Positions 53,458 through 64,000 of a stretch of 64,000 bases of DNA are shown here, piece by piece; positions within the stretch are counted from its first letter, which is position 1; each line of letters opens with the position of its first letter. The notes under the pieces were generated by a model that did no database searches, had not been told where the DNA came from, and saw nothing but the letters and a program-made list of their open reading frames with translations. The position numbers and the translations under genes are program-made. The DNA is taken from positions 49,476,001-49,540,000 of the forward strand of contig OX597830.1 in the NCBI GenBank assembly GCA_951406725.2, written 5' to 3'. Source of the stretch: Octopus vulgaris. Lineage: Eukaryota.

Positions 53458-53913
53458 CTTTTAATTGTTTCAGTAATTAGATTGCGGCAGTGCTTGGGCA
53501 CAGCCTACAAGAGTTTTTAGTGAAGGCGGTGAGCTGGCAGAAACGTTAGCACGCCGGGCGAAATGCTTAGCGGTATTTCTTCTGCCGTTACGTTCTGAGT
53601 TGAAATTCCGCCAAGGTCGATTTTCCCTATCATCCTTTCGAGGTCGATAAATTAAATACCAGTTACGCACAGGGGTCGATGTATTCGACTTAATCCCTTT
53701 GTCTGTCCTTGTTTGTCCCCTCTGTGCTTAGCCCCTTGTGGGCAATGAAGAAATAAGAATCGACGCCAGTGCTAATGTTTCTATCCATCTCTTATGCAGA
53801 ACCGCTAAGTTAGAAGACATAAACTCACCAGCACCATTTGTCAAGTGCTGGTCGGCGACAAATACAGACACTAAGGTACACACACACACACACACCCTCA
53901 CACACACACACAC

Positions 53914-53962
<49 letters not shown>

Positions 53963-54092
53963 CTAAAACCATTCACAAAACTTTGGTCGGCGTAGCTATT
54001 GTAGAAAACACACTCGCCCAACGTGCGACACAGTCGGACTGAATCCACCCGGAATCATGTGGTTGGGAAGCAAGCTTCTTACCACACAGCGA
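53458..54092 (-). mobile_element. SINE family B (-) interrupted by SINE family A (+, 53524-53755)
   Basis: B tail 53458-53515, A copy 53524-53755, B body and head 53770-54092. Confidence 0.75.
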
Positions 54093-54301
54093 CGAATATT
54101 TAGAAAGTCCCTTTCCTACAGTTGAAACATCGACAATGTAGGGGAATATAAGAAGCGTACCACACATTTGTTTGTCCGGGTTTCCATTCAATTGTTGAGA
54201 CACGTATTAACGTGATGCAGTCTCTGTAATATATTTGAAGCTACAGTTTCTTTTTTTTTTTTCTGATGAGTAATCTTCTGAAGTTTAGACCGAGTGTATG
54301 T

Positions 54302-54336
<35 letters not shown>

Positions 54337-54926
54337 CATAATACTGTTGGGGGTTTCTAAAAAGTTTTGGAACGTGAATTTTTATTAAATGCCAAGAAGG
54401 GAATAGATGAGTAAATGTGCGGGTTGTATCTATTAATGTGTTCTTTCGTTCTGTTATTTCAACTGTCAAGAAGCTAATTTCTCAATAGAAAATTTTATCA
54501 CATGAATACCTAACGAGAAATCGTTCTCCAAGCTGGATAAAAAGAACGTTTGATGTTCTGATCAACTCGTTGCAAATCATTGATTTATATAGTTGAGTGA
54601 GGAGAAGACTTCAATTTAGCGTCAGTCATCGTATCATCACAGATCAGGCGCCTTTATACTTCATCTCACATCACAAACACATACGTATATGTATGTTTAT
54701 TTACACGCACATACAATGTAAATATGTGTGCACATATAAGTATGTATGTATATGTATATATATATATGTATATAAACACACGCAAACGTATATATGTATG
54801 TACATACGTTTTATGTATGTATATATGTTTATATATATATATATGTATGTATGTGTGATTTTGTATATATAGATATTTGCATGCATATGTATGTGCGCGT
54901 ATATATGCATATATATGTATATGTAA

Positions 54927-54973
<47 letters not shown>

Positions 54974-55001
54974 TATAGCTGTATATATATATGTACATGT
55001 G

Positions 55002-55072
<71 letters not shown>

Positions 55073-55665
55073 TACATATATAGATAAACACATGTGTATA
55101 TATGTAAAGCACCTATAATCTTCAGTTGCCGGCTATAACCGTTAATCTGTTCTGCTGTTATTCTTTAAGCCGCATTTCAACTTCACCGAGTAACAACCTA
55201 CCTTCGCTGCTGGACTTAATGTATCCAACGGGTTTTGTAGAAAAATCAATATTTATTGTTTCTAAGGCTATCTAATAGGTGATTATATCCTAGCGAGCTC
55301 CAGTTGCTCGAATAATTTGCACTGAAAAATCATTGGTTTCTTTCCCGAACACGGTATTTGTGTTGAGCCAGGTGGCTGACTAATCAGAATTCTGTCTTAA
55401 AAGATAGAGCAGGAGATATATAGATGTTTCCATAAAAACGTAATGCTAGACTCATCACTCTTCATCACATTTACTTCCAGGTAAACAGAACGAAAGTTAC
55501 AAATACTTAACTATGTTGAATGAAACAGTAACAATTTGTAGTTCTGTAGCTTTTAGAAAAATTTCTAATTCTGCATTCTAACCTCTAAAATTTCTTGTTT
55601 GTAAACAAAATACTATTTGATCGTGTATGTTCATTTACAGCTACCACGGAAGATTCACCGCATAT

Positions 55666-56092
55666 TAGATAAACTTAGATAAACTTAGATATGTTTCGAC
55701 CAAAGATTGGTCCAGGCCATGTCTAACTTAATAGCACCACCTGATAGGATTATTCGAATCCTGTTTAAGTCAAGTTGTGTTCAAGTAGTGAGTTCTTGTT
55801 GGGTGAGTTGTATCAAGTTTTGTTCAAGTAGTGAGTTCTTGTTGAGTGAGTTGTATCCAATTATGGGTGGCTTATCTGGTATTCTTTGAAGGAATCTATC
55901 CAGACTCCGTTTAAAGTTGTTGGGATCCTTTTCCTCTTTGATCTCCCTCGGGACAATGTTAAATAGGGCAGGGCCTGTTGAGGAAAAGAAATTATGTTGC
56001 AGTGTACATGCATGTTGTGATCTTGAATTGGGCAGGGGACGTATGGCCCGTACTCCCAGTCTTGGATGAACCTTGAAGCTAATGTTATTCAT
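55666..56092 (-). mobile_element. 3' end of a CR1/Jockey-group LINE
   Basis: HPRLG...TLQHNFFSSTGPALFNIVPREIK...NFKRSLDRFLQRIPDKP...NSL is a typical CR1-like C-terminus. The element ends in a 10-bp tandem tail (ttagataaac)n at 55666-55690 and has a 43-bp internal tandem duplication. Confidence 0.82.
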
Positions 56093-56181
56093 CGTCAATA
56101 GTGAGAAATTAATTTATTTCTGTATAATTGTGAAGAAAAAAACCTATAATATTTCCCTCATCAATATATAAATTTTATTCA

Positions 56182-56370
56182 AGGCAGCGAGCTGGTAGAA
56201 TCACTTGCACTCCGGGTAAAATGCTTTGCGACATTGCGTCTGTCTTTGCCTTCTGGGTTGAAATTCTGCAGCGGTCGACTTTACCTTTCATCTCTTTCGG
56301 GGTCGATGAAATAAGAACCAGTTCAATACTATGTGAACTTGTTGGCCTTGTTCCAATATTTGAAACCAAT
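56182..56370 (+). mobile_element. SINE family A, degenerate
   Basis: ggcagcgagctggtagaatc...ggtcgactttacctttcatctctttcggggtcgat. Confidence 0.75.
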
Positions 56371-56448
56371 ATGTAAAACATATTCCGTTAGTCTAATCAG
56401 ACTCATTGTAATAATTACAGAGATAGGTTTCTGTAAGATTCCAAAGTA

Positions 56449-57004
56449 TTGGGTTGTCCGGAAAGTTTGTGCCGATTTTTGAAGGAAAGAAAAAGATCAA
56501 TAAATACTTGCCATTACATTTTTAATGAACCAAATATGAACCATTTTGTTGCTCAATGCGTCTCCATCTTACCTTTAACTTGAAAATACCCTTTTCCCAG
56601 AATTGACGTGGTTCATGGCAAATAATTCATCGAGGTATCATTTTACGTCATCCAAGGAATTGAAATGTGTACTATTCTGCAGAGACCGGAATAAGTGGAA
56701 ATCCAAAGGAGCAATATCTGGTGAATATGGAGGGTGGGGTAACACATCCCAGCCGAGCAGCAGCAATCTTTGTCTGGTTCCCAAAGCATCAAGTGCCGAA
56801 AATGAACTTTCTTATCTTCCATTTTAAAGGGTTACAGAATTAACACAGGTTGTACGAACATAAACCTTCTTCCACGAAAAGATAGCTTAAACTGTGTTCT
56901 AAATGGAGGTGTAGCCAAATCCTATTTTATGGACTCAACCATGTTGTAAAATAAGTCGAAAGGTAAGCTACTATAAATCGGCATGAACTTTCCGGACAGC
57001 CCAA
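56449..57004 (-). mobile_element. Internally deleted mariner transposon
   Basis: ~28-bp TIRs ttgggttgtccggaaagtttgtgccgattt / aaatcggcatgaactttccggacagcccaa with TA on both sides. The minus strand gives MEDKKVHFRHLMLW joined to LGWDVLPHPPYSPDIAPLDFHLFRSLQN (mariner YSPDLAP motif). Confidence 0.93.
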
Positions 57005-57292
57005 TACTATAATAGTTTTCTATAAAATGTATTTCAGAAACATCGGATAATTCATTTAGGTATTGATAGTTATGTAGATATGTTCATTATATCGTTGACA
57101 AATTGCTTTGTCAAATAAGACGCAGCTGCCAGTTAAATAGATACAGAGTGTCACTAATTGGTGCCATTGAAACTGGCATCATCAAATTCAACTTTCATAG
57201 TTACCATCACAAGGGATTCAATCATGTTTTAACATGTCCGTGAGAGGAGCCAGAAATTTCGAAAGATTCACGATAAAATTGTAATTTAAAAA

Positions 57293-57424
57293 GTACTGCT
57301 GCAATAGCTGACTGAACAGTTTACCACGCTGCCATGACGTTTTTTGGGTCGAATCTTAATACACAGCACTCTGGAGAATTTTCTTCTGAGATGGATTTTG
57401 TAAATAGTGAGGAGAAACAAGTTG
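57293..57424 (+). repeat. Source copy of a ~131-bp local duplication (second copy 59021-59151)
   Basis: gtactgctgc.atagctgactgaacag...gtgaggagaaacaagttg; about 4 differences between the copies. Confidence 0.92.
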
Positions 57425-57427
57425 ATG

Positions 57428-57477
<50 letters not shown>

Positions 57478-57486
57478 CTAACTATA

Positions 57487-57548
<62 letters not shown>

Positions 57549-57588
57549 CCCATCTATCTATCTATTTACCTATCTATCTATCTGTTTG

Positions 57589-57656
<68 letters not shown>

Positions 57657-57669
57657 ACTATCTATCTAA

Positions 57670-57701
<32 letters not shown>

Positions 57702-57703
57702 TT

Positions 57704-57738
<35 letters not shown>

Positions 57739-57919
57739 GAAAGACAGAAAGAAAGAAAGAAAGAAGGAAAGAGTTTCCGTTTGTTCGGTTTACAATTAAA
57801 AGGTATTTGGCAAGCATAGAAACTGAGAAGTAAATGAAAAATAGCTCACCAGGTGTTAGATATTTTCAAATTTCTCACCATAGTGATTTGATATACATAC
57901 ATACACACATACAAACAAA

Positions 57920-59651
57920 AGATGTGTCCCAAAATAAGGGAAACGGTTCTTTTCATCTAACTGATGTTTCTATTATCAGTATAAGAAATTTAAACCTGTT
58001 GTAGTCTCTACATATCTGTTCCTCGGCGTTATATTTGTCATAAACCTCAAAACAGTCCTGTTTTTCTTTTTAAAAATATTTATATTTAAATAAAATCCAT
58101 AGCGTATCTAATTTCCAAAAAGAACAAATTGTTGGAGCGCAGATGGCTGGAGCTTCAGACACTAAAACTGCTGAACGGTTTAACGTTTCGAGATGTATGG
58201 TCACCAAAATCATTTTGACATTTGAAAAGTAACGCAAACCGAGCTCTGGTAAGCATTAATTTGGGTAGAAGGCAAATCTCACAGAGAGACACCACAGAAT
58301 AGCAAAACGTATCATGTCTAAAAAGCATTAAACTACGACAGCAAAAGCAGTGGAGGCTCAACGGCCCAATGGTTAGGGCAGCGGACTCGAGGTCGGAGGA
58401 TCGCGGTTTCGATTCCCAGACCAGGCGTTGTGTGTGTTTATTGAGCGAAAATACCTAAAGCTCCACGAGGCTCCGGCAGTGGGTGGTGGCGACCCCTGTT
58501 TTACTATTTCGCCCAAAATTTCTCTCACTCTTTCTTCCTGTTTCTTGTCTCCGACTTCCTACGCAACCACTGAGCCTGGATGTGCATTAATCCATCCGTC
58601 GATGCTCTCGGTTTTGGGGGTTGACCTGCTTTCTCTTCTGCTGGTCTTACGAATAGCAAAGGACTACATTTCGAACTTCTCCCATCTTGCGAGCTCTGGG
58701 ACGAAGACCATTCGCTCAACAGCAGCAAAAGCAACAGCAGAGCTGAACTATTATCTTGCCATTCCTGTGTCATGCGGAACCTTGTGTCGTGAGGTTCATA
58801 AAGCTGGAAACTATAGGAGGACTGAAAGATTGATGAGCGGGTAAAATGGCATCTAGGCTATCTGAAGTGGTTAATGACTGACAAGAACAATATTATCCTA
58901 TCCGATAAATCCTTATTCCCTCCTTGTTTCACTTCAAGGTGAGATTTTGTCTGGAGACAGTCGAAAGAATACTTCATTCGAGACTATTTGGCCCTTAATG
59001 TGAAGCATAAAAAGTGCTTTGTACTGCTGCCATAGCTGACTGAACAGTTTACTACGCTGCCATGACGTTTTTTGGTCGAATCTTAATACACAGCACTCTG
59101 GAGAATTGTCTTCTGAGATGGATTTTGTAAATAGTGAGGAGAAACAAGTTGGTCTGCCTCATCACGGAATTTTCTTGGCCTTGTAGTTGCGCTATTTAGC
59201 AGAATCAACACCTAGGATTGCCAGAGTATTTTTGCGGGTCGAATAAATCCTATGGTACAAATATGCACCGTTATGGTCATGCAGTCTTCCAGGACGATAA
59301 TGCGTCGATTCATACGTCTGATTGGTACGAAAGGCATAAAAGTGAAGTCAATCATTTGGAGTGGTCATCACAAATACCAGATCACAATATTATGAAAAAT
59401 TTTAAATGCATTTTGGGGCAGCAAGTGAGGAACCGCTTTCCTCCGTCATAGTCACCGAAGAAGCTAAAACAAGCTTTGCTTGAAGAATGGATCAAAATCC
59501 CTCAAATAACCCTTCAGAACCTATATATGTCAATTTCTAGACTTATTAAGAGTACTAAATCCGGGATTGAGTTTTGAAGTTGGACTAATCCTGTATTAAA
59601 TGATAGAACTTCCATTTAAGAATGTGTTTCCATTATTTAGTCCAAACCTTG
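57920..59651 (+). mobile_element. Degenerate Tc1-family transposon with nested insertions
   Basis: N-terminal HTH SNFQKEQIVGAQMAGASDTKTAERFNVSR (58110ff), TAELN...LCREVHKAG (58734ff), and catalytic VFQDDNASIH...LEWSSQIPDHNIMKN (59284ff). Right TIR-like gtgtttccattatttagtccaaaccttg followed by TA; the left end is uncertain. Confidence 0.82.
58350..58722 (+). mobile_element. SINE family C variant (different 3' tail) inserted in the Tc1 ORF
   Basis: The first ~195 bp match 12432-12630. 11-bp TSD cagcaaaagca (58339-58349 / 58723-58733). Confidence 0.9.
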
Positions 59652-59653
59652 TA

Positions 59654-59913
59654 TACATACATACATACACACAAACATACATACACACAAACATACATAT
59701 ATATATACATACACACAAACATACATACACACAAACATACATACATATATACATACACACAAACATATATACACACAAACATACATACACACAAACATAC
59801 ATACACACAAACATACATACATATATACATACACACAAACATATATACACACAAACATAGATACATACATACATAAATACATACATACATAAATACATAC
59901 ATACATACATACA

Positions 59914-59944
<31 letters not shown>

Positions 59945-59950
59945 GTATAT
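59654..59950. repeat. (CATA)n-derived minisatellite with 16-bp catacacacaaacata units
   Basis: Directly visible. Confidence 0.85.
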
Positions 59951-59984
59951 ACACATGCATAAGCGAGACAGTGACGCTCTTGTA

Positions 59985-60690
59985 ATCCCACATGTGTAGG
60001 CTATGTTATGCTTTTGTAGAGGACATGACGCATGTGATTAGCAGCTATCCTAAAATGTCGTCACGGTGCTACCTCCCTATGAGGCACGATGTTATTGCTA
60101 AAACAATTTACAATGTCATCCGCAAAAAAAGACTGTCCCGAAATATACTAAGAAAATCACACTGTTATGGAATACATTCATAAACTCAAGGAATACTGGT
60201 GGAATATTCCCATCAAAACTTCTGTCAAATGTAAGCATAACAGGCTGGATATTATTGTTTGGGTAGAGAGGGGCAAAGATATGCACCATCATAGACTAGC
60301 TGCCCTGCAGTTATAAATATCTCTTTGAAAATCAAACAAAAGGAGGATAGCTATGGACGACTGCTTCGAAGTCTCTAGCATCTATATCCAGACTATGAAT
60401 TAATATTCATGCCAATAATAATTGGAATACTAGGTTTTGTTAGCAAATGCTTAAAGGAGAATCTGGAGAAAATGAGATTTTCAGAATGAGAAACTGACTG
60501 GCTGATTTGTACATTACAAGGCCAGTCTCTGAGTGGAATAGTAAAAATATGCAAGACTTTTCTCAAGTTTCAAATGTGAATTTGTCTGTGTTAAGTACAT
60601 CCCAAAGATGGAGCCTTGTATCTTTCTTGGAAGCCGGCTCCCTCCTCAGTGGAAGGTTTATGATAACTAAAAAATAAAAGTGACATACCT
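59985..60690 (+). mobile_element. 5'-truncated RLE non-LTR retrotransposon between (CATA)n tracts
   Basis: CRLCYAFVEDMTHVISSYPKMSSRCYLPMRHDVIAK (CCHC-derived plus RHD), EYWWNIPIKT...HNRLDIIVW, SCPA...KIKQKEDSYG, MPIIIGILG, KICKTFLKFQM*. Confidence 0.88.
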
Positions 60691-62030
60691 ACACACACAC
60701 ACAAACATACACACACACATACACATACATACATACATACATACATACATACATACATACATACATACATACATGCATACGTGTGTATGTGTATGCGTTT
60801 ATGGGTATTTCCTTCTCCAGCGTATATTGTTGACAGATATGAATAACGACGAGAAAACCGAAGCACTGGCTTTTTTTACGAGCAACAATGTCTGCATTCC
60901 AGACACTTCCTATTCAGCCATATTGTTATAAATTACAAAGGTACCAGTAACTGAACCGACACACATCTGAACCATCCACACTTATTCCACGTTTTACAAT
61001 GAATGTATTTTTCTCCCATGTTGAATCGATCTTGCATAATAATATTCCCTTCTCTTACTAATGTAAAAATAAAGCTGTCTCTTTGAAGCCGTTTGAATTG
61101 CAGGAAATAGCAAGCATATTTTCTCGAATTACGCCCAACTCGTAATCAGGAACACTTCTGGTAGTGAAGGAGAAGTGAGAGATATATAAAATGTGAAGAG
61201 TTGGTCAAGTCTGGAACATCTTTGAACAAAGATCAGTGCATTTAATGTTGCACTAGGTCTAAACAACTACAATAAACACAAGCCGAGAAAATGAGTGAGT
61301 TTCAGCCCGATCGTTTGATCGGCGGGAAATAACAGCTAAACATCCTTCAAAACAAATGCTTCCGTTTTGAAATCACAGAGGTAAGACACTTTGAAAAATG
61401 TAATTCTAGAATAGAAGAGAGTAGGACAGAGAGCTTTTAACTATATAACTGGTACTTCAGCTGACCTTCGATAAAAGGAAAACGGTTAAAAAGAAATAAA
61501 TTCGTTGTTGTTGTCATTTCCTTTGCGTAGCAAAATAGCATCCCTTATCGTTTTCAGGGTGGCCAAGACGAGTGTTCGGAAAGGAAGAAGTTAATTTGTT
61601 GACAAACGAACCATCTGCAGCCGATATTTGGTTTATCTACGATGGAAATAGTCTCTTTGAAAGGCCCGGGCACAGTTTCTGTAACGTTGGTCTACTCAAC
61701 GTTATAGTTGATGGAATTTACCAAATGTTCTCACTTTGGGATCGAACATAAAAAAAAAACCATGTAAGTACGAAGCACACTTCATAACCACAGAACCAGG
61801 TCATCGACCATCTTTCCACTTTGGATTTATACTCTTTTAGATGAAAGATGAATAGATCTTATGATTTTTATATCTTTAATGAAGCAAATAGTGGCATACG
61901 TATGTTTTCAACAAATGTATGAACTACATCTCAAATTGTTAAACACAGGGCAAGTGATCCGTCTGCTTAACAGGTCTGTTGAGCAAATGTGGAAGTAAAT
62001 TACATTATATGTAAATAAATACACATACAC

Positions 62031-62081
<51 letters not shown>

Positions 62082-62668
62082 CGGGAGGGAGTAAGAGAGA
62101 CCGACCGACCGAACTACCGGAAAAACAGATTTTAATTTTACTTTTCCTGAATATGTATTTATATAAGTAAGGAAGAAATAAAATTCACTTTGAATAGTTT
62201 GTTGTGAATATCCAGGGCACCCGATCAGGAACACATTATCAGAAATATTTGTAAGTATTCTTATAATGGAAGAAATATCATGATCTTATCGAGAGACAGA
62301 GGAAAGCAGCACGTTCACACACATTTCTCTCTTCTTCAATCTATTTACCTACATACGTTGTTCGTGTGTATACGCGTGAACTTTATAATAATATATCTGT
62401 AAACAGCTTCCTCTAATCATGCATGCGTTGTCAATGGCAATAGTCAGCATACTTTAATGCCATTTAACAAAATAGTTATAAGAAATATAATTTGCCAAAT
62501 CACCAGAAACTGGGAATCTAGAATCTCAAGTCTGCATGCAGCCTTATAACAGTTCGTCGTCGTGAAAACAGCATTTTGACTTCGTCTACGTATGCTGAAG
62601 GGTACACTCAACATAACACTAAGAAAAGAAAAACAATAATGATTACTATTAGTACTGCCATTCCTCTG

Positions 62669-62818
62669 CTTCTTCTTCTTCTTCTTCTTCTTCTTCTTCT
62701 TCTTCTTCTTCTTCTTCGTCTTCTTCTTCTTCTTCTTCTTCTTCTTCTTCTTCTTCTTCTTCTTCTTCTTCTTCTTCTTCTTCTTCTTCTTCTTCTTCTT
62801 CTTCTTCTTCTTCTTCTT
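62669..62818. repeat. (CTT)n microsatellite (~150 bp)
   Basis: Directly visible. Confidence 0.95.
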
Positions 62819-62819
62819 G

Positions 62820-62990
62820 AGGCGGTGAACTGGCAGTATCGTTTGCACGTCGGGCAAAATGCTTAGCAACATTTCATTCGAGTTCGACTTTACCTTTTCT
62901 CCGAGATCGACTTTACCTTTCCACCTTTCGGGGTTGATGAAATCGACCTACCCTCCCCCAAATATCGGGCCATGTGCCTATAGTAGAAAT
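62820..62990 (+). mobile_element. SINE family A, degenerate, followed by (TTA)n
   Basis: ggcggtgaactggcag...tcgactttacctttccacctttcgggg...gtgcctatagtagaaa. Confidence 0.75.
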
Positions 62991-62992
62991 GC

Positions 62993-63044
<52 letters not shown>

Positions 63045-63063
63045 CATTATTATTATTATTATT

Positions 63064-63230
63064 AAAACTTTTGACAGGGTTACCTTCAATACCTAGAGGC
63101 TGTTCTCGCGGCGGTAATATTCGGTCTCGTTTTCAAAGCCTAGATCATTGCAATGTATAGCGACATCTGTGCGGTGGTCAAAGTAAACAACCATACCGCC
63201 ATCTTTCAGGATCGTTGAGCTTCGTTCTTT
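63064..63230 (+). mobile_element. L1/Tx1-clade reverse transcriptase fragment
   Basis: KTFDRV / QYLEAVLAAVIFGLVFKA*IIAMYSDICAVVKVNNH / PSFRI corresponds to the KAFDRV...GFG..F..WI..LY......VNG segment between RT motifs A and B'. Confidence 0.75.
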
Positions 63231-63645
63231 CTCTCGCTCCATTAAGGACTTCCAACGACAACCTTCTGTAAATTTTAATAAAAACAAATCACAGATGATA
63301 GCAAGAACTTTAAATACATACCCTGTCACTGTCAACGTATAACCTGCAAGTTGTCGGAAATTCAGTAACGGTGAAGAATCGAACGTGAGTTGTTTCGTCT
63401 AACCACCGGAGTTACGAAGTACCACGTTTTAACTGACATAAATTTCTGTTGCTCCAGATTAACGGTTACGTGTTATGAATAGAAATTCTAACACAGAGTT
63501 CGTTTTGAGTAAAAGTGTAAATCTAAACCTTATAAAAATATAAAATAAATGTTGTCCTGATGCGAAAATATAATCTATGATTAAATCACAGAACATTCGG
63601 TATCCAACAGTGGTAAATCAATCACAGATTGTACTGTCTTATATA

Positions 63646-64000
63646 TCTTTTATATATAATCCGTTCCGTCTCTGTGTGTGGCTTCTAGGATCTCGGGCAT
63701 TCTCCATCCGATTGCGCTCAAACTTGATATGTAGGTACCGACGGTATCAGGGAGTGTATAAGTTTTGAAATAATTACACAAATCAATTCCAGGTGAGAAT
63801 GCGATCGATAGAGCCGTGGGAAATCGTTTTTCTTTGGAATAGAAAAAAGCCTATCCATATTTCTTCTTTTGCTGGTGTCTCAAATTTAGTGTGTCTCAAA
63901 AGGGAGGCCAATGGGACGGTCGGACAAGATGTTCTGAGGAAATTTGCTTTAAATGTTTGACAACTCAGCACCGTCCATTGGACGGGGGTGGGCGTTTTGC
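63646..64000 (+). mobile_element. Probable non-autonomous Helitron-like element, 5' portion (runs off the window)
   Basis: Starts a|TCttttatatataat and contains ccgattgcgctcaaacttg, a motif style common in metazoan non-autonomous Helitrons. The 3' end is not visible. Confidence 0.4.

Noticed and set aside
63093-63335. Minus-strand ORF with good-looking splice signals (candidate host exon)
   Set aside because: The plus strand encodes a recognisable L1/Tx1-type RT segment, so the minus ORF is its antisense shadow.

Overview
AT-rich, microsatellite-saturated eukaryotic DNA. I infer a coleoid cephalopod (Octopus-like) genome from the SINE families and the density of (TA)n/(CATA)n/(ATCT)n/(AAT)n repeats. 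I could not identify any intact host protein-coding gene, and almost all ORFs in the track are translations of simple repeats. The window is intronic or intergenic and full of decayed transposons. These include a Penelope-like element (GIY-YIG endonuclease end, 5' inversion, hammerhead ribozyme) and further pLTR-like fragments. There are four remnants of restriction-like-endonuclease (RLE) non-LTR retrotransposons, and RTE, CR1-like and L1/Tx1-like LINE fragments. DNA elements comprise a hAT transposase fossil, two hAT MITEs, a deleted mariner, a Tc1 fossil, Tc1/pogo-type MITEs and a probable Helitron end. At least four tRNA-derived SINE families are present in many copies. The most notable observations are: (1) three type-I hammerhead-ribozyme-like motifs, two with a U3/A8 (UUGAAAA) variant core and palindromic stem III, nested in a (TA)n sink; (2) a twin-priming-type inversion in the Penelope element; (3) an RLE retrotransposon family associated with (CATA)n, with a conserved 3' stem-loop that is tandemly amplified in one copy; (4) an RTE element ending in three C2H2 fingers; (5) a ~140-bp-arm foldback element. 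Coordinates were read by eye and are approximate for degenerate copies.
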